A stretch of DNA of 64,000 bases from Mobula hypostoma. Lineage: Eukaryota. The first letter of the stretch is position 1. Each line of letters opens with the position of its first letter. Positions 37,860 to 50,244 of this stretch are shown in pieces. Under the pieces are notes generated by a model. The model was not told where the DNA came from, made no database searches, and saw nothing but the letters and a program-made list of their open reading frames with translations. Made by a program: the position numbers and the translations under genes. Location: NCBI RefSeq assembly GCF_963921235.1, contig NC_086097.1, positions 3,782,001-3,846,000 on the forward strand. The letters run 5' to 3'.

Positions 37860-38154
37860 GGGTGCCATGGTAGCGTAGTGGTTAGCACGACATTACTAAA
37901 ATTCAGGATGTTGGAAGTTTGGAGTTCAATTTCAGTGTCCAACGTAAGGAATCTTTGTACATCCTCCCTGTGGAATGCTTTCTCTGGTGCTCTGGTTTCC
38001 TCCCACAGTCCAAAAATGCATCGGGTAGGTTAATTGGTCATTGTAAGTTGGCCCATAATTAGGTTAGGGTTAAATCCAAGTTGTTGGGACGGTGTGGCTC
38101 GAAGCATCTGCTCCACACCGTGTCTCTAAATAAATAAATAAATAAATAAATAAT
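37860..38154 (+). mobile_element. tRNA-derived SINE (V-SINE-like)
   Basis: A-box-like tagcgtagtgg, B-box-like gagttcaatt, core ggtttcctcccacagtccaaa and an (aaat)n tail. Related copies at about 40104-41710 (split), 42880-43172 and 57555-57842 (-). Confidence 0.75.
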
Positions 38155-38604
38155 TCACCTCTGTGCAGAATAATAGAATAGGCATGAGTAGCCTATCCAT
38201 TGTGTTAAACCTTGCTGAATAATGTGATGCATAAGACCATAGGGATTGAAACATCAAGTCCTAGTAGCTCTACTACTATACTGTACTGTGCAGTTGGCCT
38301 TTAAACTCCATCCACGTGTGCCCAAAAACATCTGTTCCCAGTTAACTCTCCTGAGTTCCTGTCTGATACTTTTGTAGTCAATCCTGCTCTCATTTGCTAC
38401 TCTCCAGCAAGGTTTGTGCTTGTTCTTGTCTATAGCTATCTTGAGACTTAAGGAGTTATAGAACACAGAACAGTAAAATTTACAGCACGTTACAGGCCCT
38501 TTGGCCCACAATGTTGTGCCGAGCATGTAATCTACTCTAGAGACTGCCTAGAATTTCCCTGACGCATAGCCCTCTGTTTTTCTAGATTTGTGATCGTAGT
38601 TCCC

Positions 38605-39260
38605 TAAATTCAAAGTTCAAAGTAAACTTATTAGCAAAGTACGTATATGTCACCATCTACAGCCTGAGATTCATTTTCCTGCGGGCATACTCAGCAAATC
38701 TATAGAATAGTAACTGTAACAGGATCGATGAAAGATCAACCAGAGTGCAGAAGACAACAAACTATGTAAGTTCAATTTTAAATAAATAGTAATAAATAAC
38801 AAGAACATGAAATAACAAGATAAAGAGCCCTTAAGGTGAGATCACTGGTTGTGGGAAGATCTCAGTGGATGCACAAGTGAGTGTAGTTATCCCCTTTGTT
38901 CAGGAGCCTGATGGTCGAGGGATAGCAAGTGTTCTCGAATCTGGTGGCATGAGTCCTGAGGCTTTTGTACCCTCTTCCTGATGGCAGCAGCATTCCTGAT
39001 GAAGGATGCTGCTTTCCTAGGACAGCATTTCATGTAGATGTGTTCAATGTTTGGGAGGGCTTTACCTGTGATGTACTGGGCCGAATCCACTACCTTTTGT
39101 AGGATTTTCCATTCAAGACAGGCACTGGTGTTTCCATACCAGACTGTGGTGCAGCCAGTCACTACACAGCTATAGAAGTTTGTTGAAATTTTTAGATGTC
39201 ATATCGAATACCTGCAGATTCCTAAGGAAGTTGAGGTATTGCCGTGCATTCTTTACACTG
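38605..39260 (-). mobile_element. Rex1/Babar-type LINE 3' fragment
   Basis: TGCTTVWYGN...LQKVVDSAQYITG in ORF 38887..39162, with a (ttgaac)n tail. Confidence 0.75.
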
Positions 39261-39461
39261 AATATTCTCTCACTGAAAGTTCAGTCATCTGGCCAGGCTC
39301 ATCTCCCAACACAGGTCTGTTCCTCTCGTTGTATTATCTACATGCTAGTTTATAAAACCCTTCAGAATACACCTAACAAACCTTCCCCCATCTGAATCTC
39401 TTGTCTTGCACAAAGGAGGTTCCAGTGTTTGTTAGGGAAATGTGATGTAGTCACAGGTGGC

Positions 39462-39855
39462 AAGGTGGAGATACATCTCTACCAATGGATGTGTAAGGCG
39501 CCTTTTACCTCCGCTAACCTGCAGGTTACTCTTGGGCAAGGTGTGGCACATGCTTAGCTCCCTCCCCACGCTCCCCACCCCCCAATCAGGGTCACGTGAG
39601 GCCATGGGAGCAGATAGTGGATGATCGTATGAGCGGCTGGTGCATATCACAAGTCCTGGTTATGTGGCCATGGACGCCAGGCAGACAAATCTCTGAAGAG
39701 TATTGATAATGGCTGGGGTCACCCATCTTGTGAAGACACTGCCCAGAAGAAGGAAATGGCAAACCACTTCAGTAGAAAAAATTTGCAAAGCGCACTCATG
39801 GTCATGGAAAGACCCTGACTGTCTACGTCATACAACACAGCACATACCAATGAAG
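39462..39855 (+). mobile_element. RTE/BovB-tail-like non-autonomous retroelement (most complete copy)
   Basis: The 3' part gaaggaaatggcaaaccacttcagtagaaaaatttgc resembles RTE-BovB termini. There are three other copies in the window. Confidence 0.6.
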
Positions 39856-40732
39856 AGTGTAGTTAGTATTGTATACAGACAAATTGCTACCACCTATGCA
39901 CATCAAACTTCTACTGATATCAGTAAACAATAATCTACTTCACTGAAGCCATTTAAATATTGGCCAAGACATGAAGAAGAACACCTCTGCGTCTTGGATA
40001 ATGATTTAGGAATTCTGCAATTCGGCAGAAGAAATCTTTTTTGCAGCCCTAAAGAAACCTTACAGCCTGAGTTGCAATGGCATCACGCTGCTCGGCTACC
40101 TTGGGGCGCCACGGTAGTGCAGTGGTTGGCACGATGTCACGAGTGTCAGAGTTCAAAGTTCAATGCCAGCATCCTGTGTAAGGAGTCTGTACGTCCCCCC
40201 TGTGGAATGTGTGAATGTCGTCTGGGTGCTCCAGTTTCCTCCACAGTCATAGAGTCAGAAAGAAGAACAGCACAGAAACAGGTCCTTTGGCCCATCTAGT
40301 CCGTTCCAAAGCCATTTAAACTGCCTACCCCCAATGACCTGCACCAGGACCATACCATATCTATGACCTATCCAAACTTTTCTTAAACGTTGAAATCGAG
40401 CTTGCATGCACCATTTGTGCTGGCGGCACATTCTACATTCCCACGACCCTCTGAGTGACTAAGTTTCCCCTCGTGTTCCCCTTAAGCTTCTTACCTCTCA
40501 CCCTTAACCCATGACCTCTGAGGTCCCACGCAACCTCAGGGGAAAAAAGCCTACTTGCATTTACCCCGTATATACCCTCATAATTTTGTATACCTCTATC
40601 AAATCTCCTCTGTCTTGTATGTTCTAAGGAATACAGTTCTAACCTATTCAATCTTTCCTTAATAACTCATGCCCTCCAGACCCGGCACCATCCTTTGGAC
40701 TTTAATTATAAATTAAACCCACTGGTTAGTAG

Positions 40733-41591
40733 TGTTACGTACCCCGTAACTGGGTTGCCAAACCAGCAGAAATGGATCACTCAGTTGGAGTCTGGAGTAC
40801 TAGAACTAAGAAAGTTTTATTAAAGAAACAAGCAACACAGTAATCGAAAGGATAATAAATGCAACAATTCAACAATGATAACCACACATGTGCACAGAAT
40901 TAAGATAACAGCATCAATCAAGCTCTATCGTTGTCTAGGGGTAAATGACCAAATTTCAAAATGACTCAAAGTTCAGTCCAGTTCAGTTCGCAGTAATCGT
41001 TGTCATGGCGATGGACAACGTGGGGGAAGAGAGACAGATAGAACAGGAACAACTGATCATTCAGAACACTGCTTCACTCACAGACCGGCGAGATTGCTCA
41101 CAAGCAACTTTTTTGGGTGGGTCCTTGGTGATGTCACCTGAGGTCACCGACTGTGACCCCTCCTCCAGATGCGGTCGATCCTCTGCAGTGAACCCGGCAC
41201 CCAGGCAAGGGCGGACACACACCGGGTTCCCGCTGATCGTACCTTTCCACCCCGGGCGTTGTCTGGTACTTCTCACCCACTCGTGAGAGGCGCACCGCTT
41301 CCAGGGTCTCGTTACCTCGGGTGGCGTGTGTGTTGTCTTAGCGAACCTGTCCCTTTTTATCCCCCTGCTGGGGTATCGCCTGTCCATCACTTCAAACAGT
41401 TCAGGGTTCAAAGGGGGAGCCGCTCCAGACAGCTCTCTCTCTCCCACGTCCCTTCATTACACATCTCCAGACGCTGCTCCATTGTTCCTTATCTCTCCTT
41501 CCCCTGAGGGCAGGTGGCAGACCAACTGCTGATGTCACTGATGCTAACCCAGGCCAGCAAACATCTTAATTTTATGTGTATTCTCGTAACA
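40733..41591 (-). mobile_element. Solo LTR (859 bp), inserted in a tRNA-SINE
   Basis: TGTTACG...CGTAACA termini, perfect 4 bp TSD GTAG (40729-40732, 41592-41595), and AATAAA on the minus strand near 40815. Confidence 0.9.
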
Positions 41592-41894
41592 GTAGACTAA
41601 TTGGTGATGGTGAAATGTCCTGTCATTGGGCTAGGGTTAATCGGGGGTTGCTGGCAGTGCAACTCGAAGGGCCAGAAGGGTATGTTCCATGCTGTATCTC
41701 TAAATAGTTGATCATTGCAAATTGCCCTGTGATGAGGGCAGGGTTAAATCCGGGTTGTTGGAGGTTGCTTGGGGGCACGGCTGGAAGGGCACGAATGGCT
41801 TATTCTGTGCTATATCACTAAACAAATAATTATTCAAATTAAAAGTGATTATTTATTCAGATTGAACTAATTAAGAATGATCATGGATAATCAC

Positions 41895-42820
41895 GTTTCA
41901 TGTAGGTATGCTCGATGGTGGGGAGGGGTTTTCTCATAATGGACTGAGCTGTGTCCACTGCTTTTTGCAGGATATTCCATTCAAGGGCATTGGTGTTTCC
42001 ATGCTAGGCTGTGATGCAGCCAGTCAGAATACTCTCCACTGCACGTCGATAGAAGTTTGTCAGAGTTTTAGATGACATGCTGAATCTCTGCGAACTCCTG
42101 AGGAAGTGGGGGTGTTGCCGTGCTGTCTTCATAATTACACTTGCATGCTGGGTCCAGGCAGGCCTCTGAAATGATAACTCCAAGGAACTTAAAGTTGTTG
42201 ACCCTCTCCACCTCTGATCCTTCAATGTGGACTGACTCATGGACCTCTGGTTTCCTTCTCCTGGTTTATAATCAGCTCCTGGCTCTTGCCGACATTGTGT
42301 GAGAGGTGGTCGTTATGATGCCACTCAGCCAGATTTTCAATCTCCCTCTATGTGCTGATTTGTCACCACCTTTGATTCAGTCTACGACAATGGTGTCATC
42401 AGCAAACTTGAATATGGCGGTGGAGCTGTGCTTAGCATCACAGTGATAAGTGTAAAGCAAGTAGAGCAGGGGGCTAAGCTCACAGCTTTGTGGTGCACCC
42501 ATACTGATAGAGATTGTGGAGATGTTGTTGCCAGTCTGAACTGACTGGAGTCTGCAAGTGAGGAAATCCAGGATCCAATTGCACAAGGAGGTATTGAGGC
42601 CAAAGTCTTGAAGCTTATTGATTGGTTTTGTGGGGATGATAGTATTGAATATCGAGCTGTAATTGATAAAGAGCATCCTGATGTATGCATTTTTGCTGTC
42701 CAAATGTTCCAGTGTTGAGTAAAGAGCCAATAAGATGGCATCTGCTATGGACCTATTGCTCTGGAAAGCAATTGGAGCCTACATCGCTTCTCAGGCAGGA
42801 CGATGTGTTTCATCACCAAC
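41895..42820 (-). mobile_element. Rex1/Babar LINE RT fragment
   Basis: ORF 42377..42730 has [44 protein letters not shown] 42004..42240 has NFYRRAVESILTGCITA. Confidence 0.85.
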
Positions 42821-43284
42821 GTGATATAACCTGATGATCCCAGCTGATATACAAATCAAATCCTTCTTACTCATCTCGATAGTGTAGCAGTTAGCACATC
42901 GCTATTACAGCTTGAAGCATTCCGGAGTTTGGAGTTCAATTCTGGTGCAGTCTGGAAGGAGTTTATACGTTCTCACCATGACTTTGTGGGTTTCCTTGGG
43001 GTGCTCTGGTTTCCACCCACAGTCCAAAGATGTACCAGTTAGTAGGTTACTTGGTCAATGTAAATTTGTCCTGTGATTAGGCCAGAATTCAATTGTTGGG
43101 TTGCTGGGCAGTGTGGCTTGTTGAGCTGGATGGGCCTATTCTGCAATGTATCTCGAAATTAATTAATTAATAAAAAGGAAACTGGTAAATTGTATGACAG
43201 GCAACTAACTCTAAGCTTTCCACAGGTAATGTGTTAATACCGTCACCTATTCTTTAATGTCTTTACTCAACTTCTTTCTTTCAG

Positions 43285-43327
43285 AGATGAAAATGAAAAG
43301 GTTAATTATATTCCAATAATCAAAGAG
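43285..43327 (+). CDS. CCDC197: Coding exon 2 (43 nt): (R)DENEKVNYIPIIKE
   Basis: Acceptor cttctttctttcag| and perfect donor GAG|GTAAGT. The first base completes AGA from exon 1, and the exon ends in phase 0, matching exon 3. Confidence 0.85.
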
Positions 43328-43361
43328 GTAAGTTTTTTAAAAATTTCCCTTCACGTTATTC

Positions 43362-45503
43362 TTTTTTCTTTTTTAATCTTTTTATTAGTTTTCAAGTTCA
43401 TAAACATAATAACAACAGTGATATAAAGAGATTGGAATTACATTATTGATAATAGACATATACAAGAGGAACTACAAGTAGTACAAGTGTAATGAACTTC
43501 CAAACTCTGGATATAATTAATTATGAAGAGAAAGAAATAAAAAGAAAACATATCACAAAGAAACCCCCCCCCAAAAAAAACAAAAAAAAACAAACAGAAC
43601 AAAACAGGGCTGAACCAATATATTAGATTGAATACATTCATTAATGTCATCAACTCCACTCCTCTATTCATATATTCTAAGTTAATAAAAAGGATTCAGA
43701 AAAGGTCAAACTGCATCATATGAAAATGTTGAATAAGTGGCTTCCAAGTCTGTTCAAATTTAACCAAAGGATCAAAAATGACACTTCTGATTTTTTTCTA
43801 AATTTAAACATGATATAGTTTGAGAAAACCATTGAAATGTAGTAGGAGGATTGGTCTCTTTCCAATTCAATAAAATGGATCTTCTGGCCATTAATGTAGC
43901 AAATGCAATCATCTGACAGGCTGAAGAGGATAAAGAGCTATGTTCCATCATTGGCAAACCAAAAATTGCCGTAATAGGATGGGGTTGTAAATCGAAACAC
44001 AAAACTGTTGAAATGATATCAAAGGTATCTTTCCAAAATTTTGCCAAGAGAGGGCAGGACCAGAACATATGAGTCAAAGAGGCCACCTCAGAGTGACATC
44101 TGTCACAAATAGGATTTATATGGGAGTAAAAATGGGCTAGTTTATCTTTAGACATGTTGGCCCTATGCACTACCTTAAATTATATCAGCGTATGTTTAGC
44201 ACATATAGAGGAAGAGCTAACTAACTGAAAAATTTTCTCCCATTTCTCTATAAGTAGGTGAAGTTGAAGTTCCCTTTCCCATTCATTTTTAATTTTATCG
44301 GATATACCTGGCTGTATTTTCATAATTATATCATAAATAGTTGTTATTAATCCCTTCTGATAAGGATTTAAGCCTAAAACTTTTTCCATGGTATCAGTTG
44401 GGTATGAAATTGGAAATGTAGACAGCATCGTATTTAAAAAGTTTCTTATTTGTAAATATCTAAAAAAATGGGATCTGGGCAAGTTATATTTATTAGACAA
44501 CTGTTTAAAAGACATGAAACAGTCACGGAAACATGTTATACCCTTCATTTTCCATATCAAAAAGGCTTGATCCATAACAGAGGGTTGGAAAAAAAATTAG
44601 ATATAATAGGGCTTGATAATATAAATTTGTTCAAACCAAAAAATTTACGAAATTGGAACCATATTCATATTGTGTGTTTAATTATTGGATTAACCATTTG
44701 TTTATTCAATTTAGAAAACACAAAGGGCAGTGAAGATCCTAAAATAGAAACTAATGAAAACCCTTGTACAGAGTAACTTTCGAGGTTTACCCATTGTGGA
44801 CTTGGAATTATATCCCAATCTTGTGTCCAAAATATTAAATATCGAATACTAATTGCCCAATAATAGAATCTTAAATTCGGCAATGCTAAACCACCATCTT
44901 TCTTGGACTTCTGTAGATATTTTTTACCTAACCTAGGATTTTTATTCTGCCATATATAAGAGGAAATTTTAGAATCAATAGTATCAAAAAAAGATTTAGG
45001 AATAAAAATTGGTACCGCTTGAAATAGATATAAAAATTTAGATAGAATAATCATTTTAATAGCATTGATTCAGTCAATCAGTGATAGAGACATGGGGACC
45101 ATTTAGTAAGCAATAGTTTAACCTGACTAATTAACGGTAAAAAAATTGAGCTTGAGTAAGTCCTTATGTCTCTTAGCAATTTTAACCCCCAAATAAGTAA
45201 AATAGTCAGTAATCAATCTAAAAGGTGAACATCTATAAATGGGAGCCTGCATATTTAATGGAAAAAATTCACTCTTGCTAAGATTCAATTTATAATCAGA
45301 AAAACTACTAAACTGAGCAAGCAAAGATAATACTGCCAGAATGGATTTCTGAGGGTTAGAAATATATAATAGTAAATCATCTGCATATAGTGATAATTTA
45401 TGTATCTCATTCCCACGGGTAATACCAAATATATTATGAGAGTGACGAATAGCAATAGCTAACGGTTCCAGGGCAACATCGAATAATAATGGACTAAGTG
45501 GGC
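43362..45503 (-). mobile_element. 5'-truncated L1-clade LINE (RT C-terminal half, cysteine-rich domain, 3' UTR, A tail)
   Basis: CPLSPLLF..LEPLA...LYADD, GGLALPNLRFYYWA and CDRC.....LTHMFWSCP. AATAAA and an A-rich tail lie at about 43362-43387. Confidence 0.92.
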
Positions 45504-46741
45504 ACGGAATTTTCCTTCTCCTAGATGAGCTGCCAACCATGGCTGACGAGCCCCATCTGTCCAAAGTGACTGGTTTTAAGGCCTCCTGTCTTGTCAGTAG
45601 AAAGGGCTTTGCCAGGCTTAGTAGCTAAACCACACGTGAAGGCGGGAGGTGGACTTGGCTGTCAGAGGCTACTTGAGAAGCTTGCCACAGGGAATATTTA
45701 ATAGGTAATGGGAGTTTATCCCCACTACGCCCCCCCGGCCATGACAACCTTAAGGAAGTAGCACTTACCCTTACCATTAATCTATGGGACAGGTATGCGG
45801 TTAACACCAATGATACTGTGAATTTCACCATTAGTATTCACCATGGGTTTAGTCTCTGGGATTCACACAGCTCCAGTGATGACATGTAGACATAATATAA
45901 GCAAAATATTCCAGATCCAAGAAATCTGAAATAAAAACTAATAAATGGAGGTAAAACAGGGAGCTTGAATAAGGATTCAGGGAGCCACAAAACAAAACAA
46001 AACAAAACAAAGAAACCAAATAGAACAATAAAATAATACTTAGCAGGCCGGGCAGCATCTGTGAAGACAAGCAGGAATAATACTTCAGGTCAATGGACTT
46101 AAATAGCAACTGGGAATATGCAGACATAAGACATGACACAGATGGGGAGAGAGAGGGATGGAGAGAATTGAGCGAGGTCCAATATGGCGTGAGAGGCACA
46201 AAAGATTGAAATTAAAAGGAAATACTCAGTAGGCAGGCAGTAAATATGAGAAACAGCTTATATACATCGATTGTATGTCCATAAAGTGACACTAGGCACA
46301 GGAGGGTCTGTACATAAGGTGACTATGATGGGAAATGATAAAGTAGTGTTGGTTGGTGAAGGTGCTGATTCGACTTACTGCTTGGGGAAAGTAACTATTT
46401 TTGCGTCTGGTGGTCCTGGTGTGGACGCTATGCAGCCTCCTCCCTGATGGGAGTGGGACAAGCAGTCCATGAGCAGGGTGGGTGGAATCCTTCATGATGG
46501 TACTGGGCCTTTTACTGCACTTTTCAGTAGATTTCACCTTGATGGTGGGTAGGTTGGTGTTGGTGATGCATCGGCAGTTTTGATTACATGTTTATAGAGC
46601 GTTCCTGCCTGCCACAGTGCAGATTCCGTCCCGTGTTGTCATGATGCTCTCTACTGTGGAAGGACATGAGTATTGATGGCATAGTTCAGCTCTACTCAGC
46701 CGTGGCAGTGTCCTAACTGCTCAATGTTGCAACCGTTTCAG

Positions 46742-46918
46742 CCTGCTGGAGAGATCCTCGTGAATGACTGCAGAACACATCAGAGCACTTTAGTGCTGAA
46801 GAAAGAGGTGGAAGTTGATGAAGTTAATGCTGAACTCGCAGCTAAACGGGACGAGTTCCACCAACGTATGGAAGCCATTAGCCAGCGGAGGGCAGAATTT
46901 GAAAGAAAAGAGCAGGCG
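46742..46918 (+). CDS. CCDC197: Coding exon 3 (177 nt): PAGEILVNDCRTHQSTLVLKKEVEVDEVNAELAAKRDEFHQRMEAISQRRAEFERKEQA
   Basis: Branch-like CTAAC at about 46713, acceptor tttcag|, donor GCG|GTAAGG, phase 0-0. Lies inside ORF 46724..46966. Coiled-coil DUF4200-like pattern (LKKE.E...L..KR.EF..RME...QRR.E). Confidence 0.9.
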
Positions 46919-47046
46919 GTAAGGAAAAAAAATGGAATGATGATTTATGCTAATTTATACATCTAAAGAAAGCCTTCCCCACCATTGAGCACGTCTACAC
47001 GAAGCATTGTCTCAGGAAAGCATCATCCATCATTAGGAACCCACAC

Positions 47047-49462
47047 CATTCATTCTTCTAAATTCCAGTGAGTATAGGTCCAAGGCTGCCAAATGCTCCT
47101 CATATGTTAACCATTTCATTCCTGGAATCATTCTCGTGAACTTCTCTCAACTCTCTCCAATGACAGCACATCCTTTATGAGATGTGGGTCCCAAAACTCT
47201 TGACAATACACCAAGTGCGGCCTGACCAGTGTCTTATAAAAACAGCATTATCTCCTTGCTTTTATATTCTGTTCCCCTTGAAATAAATGCTAACATTGCA
47301 TTTGCCTTCTTTACCACAGACTCAACCTGTGAATTAATTTTCTGGGAATCTTGCACGAGGACTCCTAAGCCCCTTTGCACCTCTGATGTTTGAATCTTCC
47401 CCCCATTTAGATAATAGTTCGCACTATTGTTCCTTTTAGCAAAAATGCATTATCATTAATTTCCCAATACTGTATTCCATCTGCCACCTTTTTGCCCATT
47501 CTTCCAATTTGTCGAAGTCCTGCTGCAATTGCATTGCTTCCTCAGCACTACCTACCCCTCCACCTATTTTCATATCATCTACAAACTTTGCTACAAGCCG
47601 TCAATTCCATAATCTAAATCATTGACAAACAATGTGAAAAGTAGCGGTCCCAATACTGACCCCTGTGGAGCACCACTAGTCACTGGCAGCCAACCAGAAA
47701 AGGCCCATTTTATTCCCACTCACTGCCTCCTGCCTGTCAGCCATTCCTCTATCCATGCCAGTATCTTTCTTGTAACGCCACAGGATTTTATCTTGTTAAG
47801 TAGCCTTATGTGTGGCACCTTATCAAATGCCTTCTGAAAATTCAAGTAAATGACATCCACTGCCTCTCCTTTGTCCACCCTGCTTGTTACTTCCTTGAAG
47901 AACTCTAACAGATTTGTCAGGCAAAATTTTCCTTTACAAGAACCATGTTGACTTTAACTTATTTTACCATTAATCTCCAAGTACCGTGAAACCTCATCCT
48001 TAATAATAGACTCCAACACTTTCCCAACCACTGAGGTTAGGCTAATTTCTTTTGCTTTCTTCCCTTCTTAAAGATTGGAGTGACATTTGCAATCTTCCAG
48101 TCCTCCAGGACCGTGCCAGAATCCAGTGATTTTTGAAAGATCATGACCAATGCATCTGTTATCTCTTCAGCAACCTCTCTCAGGACTCTGCGATGTAGTC
48201 CAATTGGTGCAGGAGACTTATCCACCTTAAGACCTTTCAGTTTGCCTGGCACCTTTTTCTTGGTAATAACATTGGCACTCACTCCTGCTACCTGACACAC
48301 ACGGACCTCTGGCACACTGCTTTCACAGTGTCTTCCACAGTGAGGACTGATGCAAAGTACCCATTAAGTTCATCTGCCATCTCTTTGTCCCCCATTACTA
48401 CTCCACCAGCATTATTTTCCAGTGGTCCAATATCAACTTTAAACTCCCTTTTATTCTTTATACAACTGAAAGAACTTCAGGTATCCTGCCTTGTATTATT
48501 TGCCAGTCTGCCCTCATATTTCATCTTTTTAGTTGCCTTTTGTTGGATTTTAAAAGCTTCCCAATCATTTAACTTCCCACTCACTTTTGCTACCTTGTAT
48601 GCCCTTTCCTTAGCTTTTATGCAGTCCTTAACTTCCTTTGTCAACCACAGTTGCCTACCCCTGCCATTTGAGAACTTCTTCCTCTATGGAACTTATCTAT
48701 CCTGTGACTTGTGAACTATTCCTAGAGACTCCAGCCATCTCTGCTCCACCTTCATCCCCACCAGTGTCCTCCTCCAATCCACCTGGGCAAGCCTCTGTAA
48801 TTTCCTTTCTTCCATTGTGATACTGATACATGTGGTTTATGCTTCTCCCTCTCAAGCTGCAGTAAGAATTCAATCATAGTATGATCACTGCCTCCTCAGG
48901 GTTCCTTTACATTAAGCTCCCTAATAAGATCTGGGTTATTACATAACACCCAATTTAAGATGGTTTTCCTTAAGTACGCTCAAGTACACGCTGTTCTTAA
49001 AAAGTCATTTTGTAGGCATTGAACAAATTCCCTCTTTTGCAATCTGACATTAATCTTATTTTCCCAATCCCCTTGCATATTGAAGTCCCCCTTTACAATT
49101 GTGTTATTACCCTAATTACAAGCTTTTTCCAGCTCCCTTTGCAATCTCAACCACACATCTTGGCTTCTATTTGGAGGCCTATATATGTTTCCCATAATGG
49201 TTTTTTAATCCTCTCTGAATTCACCCACAAAGATTCAACATTCTCTCACCCTATGTCACCTCTTACTCAAGATGTAATTCCAACAGGGTCACACCGCCTA
49301 TGCCTTCCTGCCTGTCCTTTCAATACGAAGTATATCCTTTGATGTTAAGCTCTCAGCTATGGTCGCCTTTCAGCCACAGCTCAGGGATGCCCACAATGTC
49401 ATACCGACCAATCTCTAATTGTGCCAACTTTGTCCACTTTATTCCAAATACTACGCACATTT
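47047..49462 (-). mobile_element. Decayed CR1 (endonuclease to C-terminus)
   Basis: ORF 48037..48315 has LKGLKVDKSPAPIGLH..EDWKIANVTPIFKKG. Nucleotide similarity to the other CR1 copies. Confidence 0.9.
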
Positions 49463-50086
49463 ATGGATTTATTCATTAAGCCCGTAACAAAATGAATCTT
49501 GGGGTTGTTTACGGCGACAGATATATACTTTCGTAATCAATTTTCTTTGAACTTTAAACCTCAAATTTGTCAAGTATGCAGAAGCCTCTTCACCCCAGTA
49601 AGTTTGGTTTGAACCTGAAGCACTGTAACTTAACAATGGGAGTTTCCAAACTTTTTTTGCCATGGACCAATACCATTAAGTAAGGGGTCTGTTGACTTCA
49701 GGCTAGGAACCCCTGTCTTAGGTTGATGGTATTTTAATTATTTGATACACGTTTTCTAGTTTCATTGTCAGAGTGAACAGTAAATAAGCATGGCTATGTT
49801 TAATCTTGCTCAACACACGCAAGTTGCTGGAGGAACTCAGCGGATCAGGCAGCACCTATGGAGAGGAATAAACATTTGAGCTGCGTCCTTCCATCAGACT
49901 CGTGCCAAAATGTCAACTGTTTATTCATTTGCATGGATGCTGCCTGACCTGGATTTCATGTACCTGCAGAATCTTGTGTTTTAATTTTGCAGTGAACCTG
50001 CATCTCTTGTGTATTTTTGTTCTGCTTCCCATTTTAACAAAACAAATAATGCCAATGGTTTTGTACTCTTTATATTTTGTCCACAG

Positions 50087-50244
50087 AATAAGGAAAGAGC
50101 CCTGAGGTTTGATAAGTTTATCAAGGATAATGAGATTAAAAGATGCCGTGCCATTAAAAAGCACCAGCTGGAAGTGAAGGAGAATGAGATGAACCAAAGG
50201 GAGCTGCAAGACCTGACCCAGCAGTTAGAAGAGATTAAATCCAG
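50087..50244 (+). CDS. CCDC197: Coding exon 4 (158 nt): NKERALRFDKFIKDNEIKRCRAIKKHQLEVKENEMNQRELQDLTQQLEEIKS+AG; the gene continues downstream
   Basis: Acceptor tattttgtccacag|, donor CAG|GTAGAA, phase 0-2. Lies inside ORF 50009..50248. The FDKFIKDNE.KR.RA.KK motif is typical of the CCDC42/CFAP73/CFAP100 (DUF4200) family. Confidence 0.9.

Noticed and set aside
38059..38072. Telomere-like ttaggttagggtt
   Set aside because: Only about two units, and part of the SINE body.
45541..45575. Second hammerhead-like start CTGACGAG in an RTE-like repeat
   Set aside because: No GAAA core or closing stems follow it.
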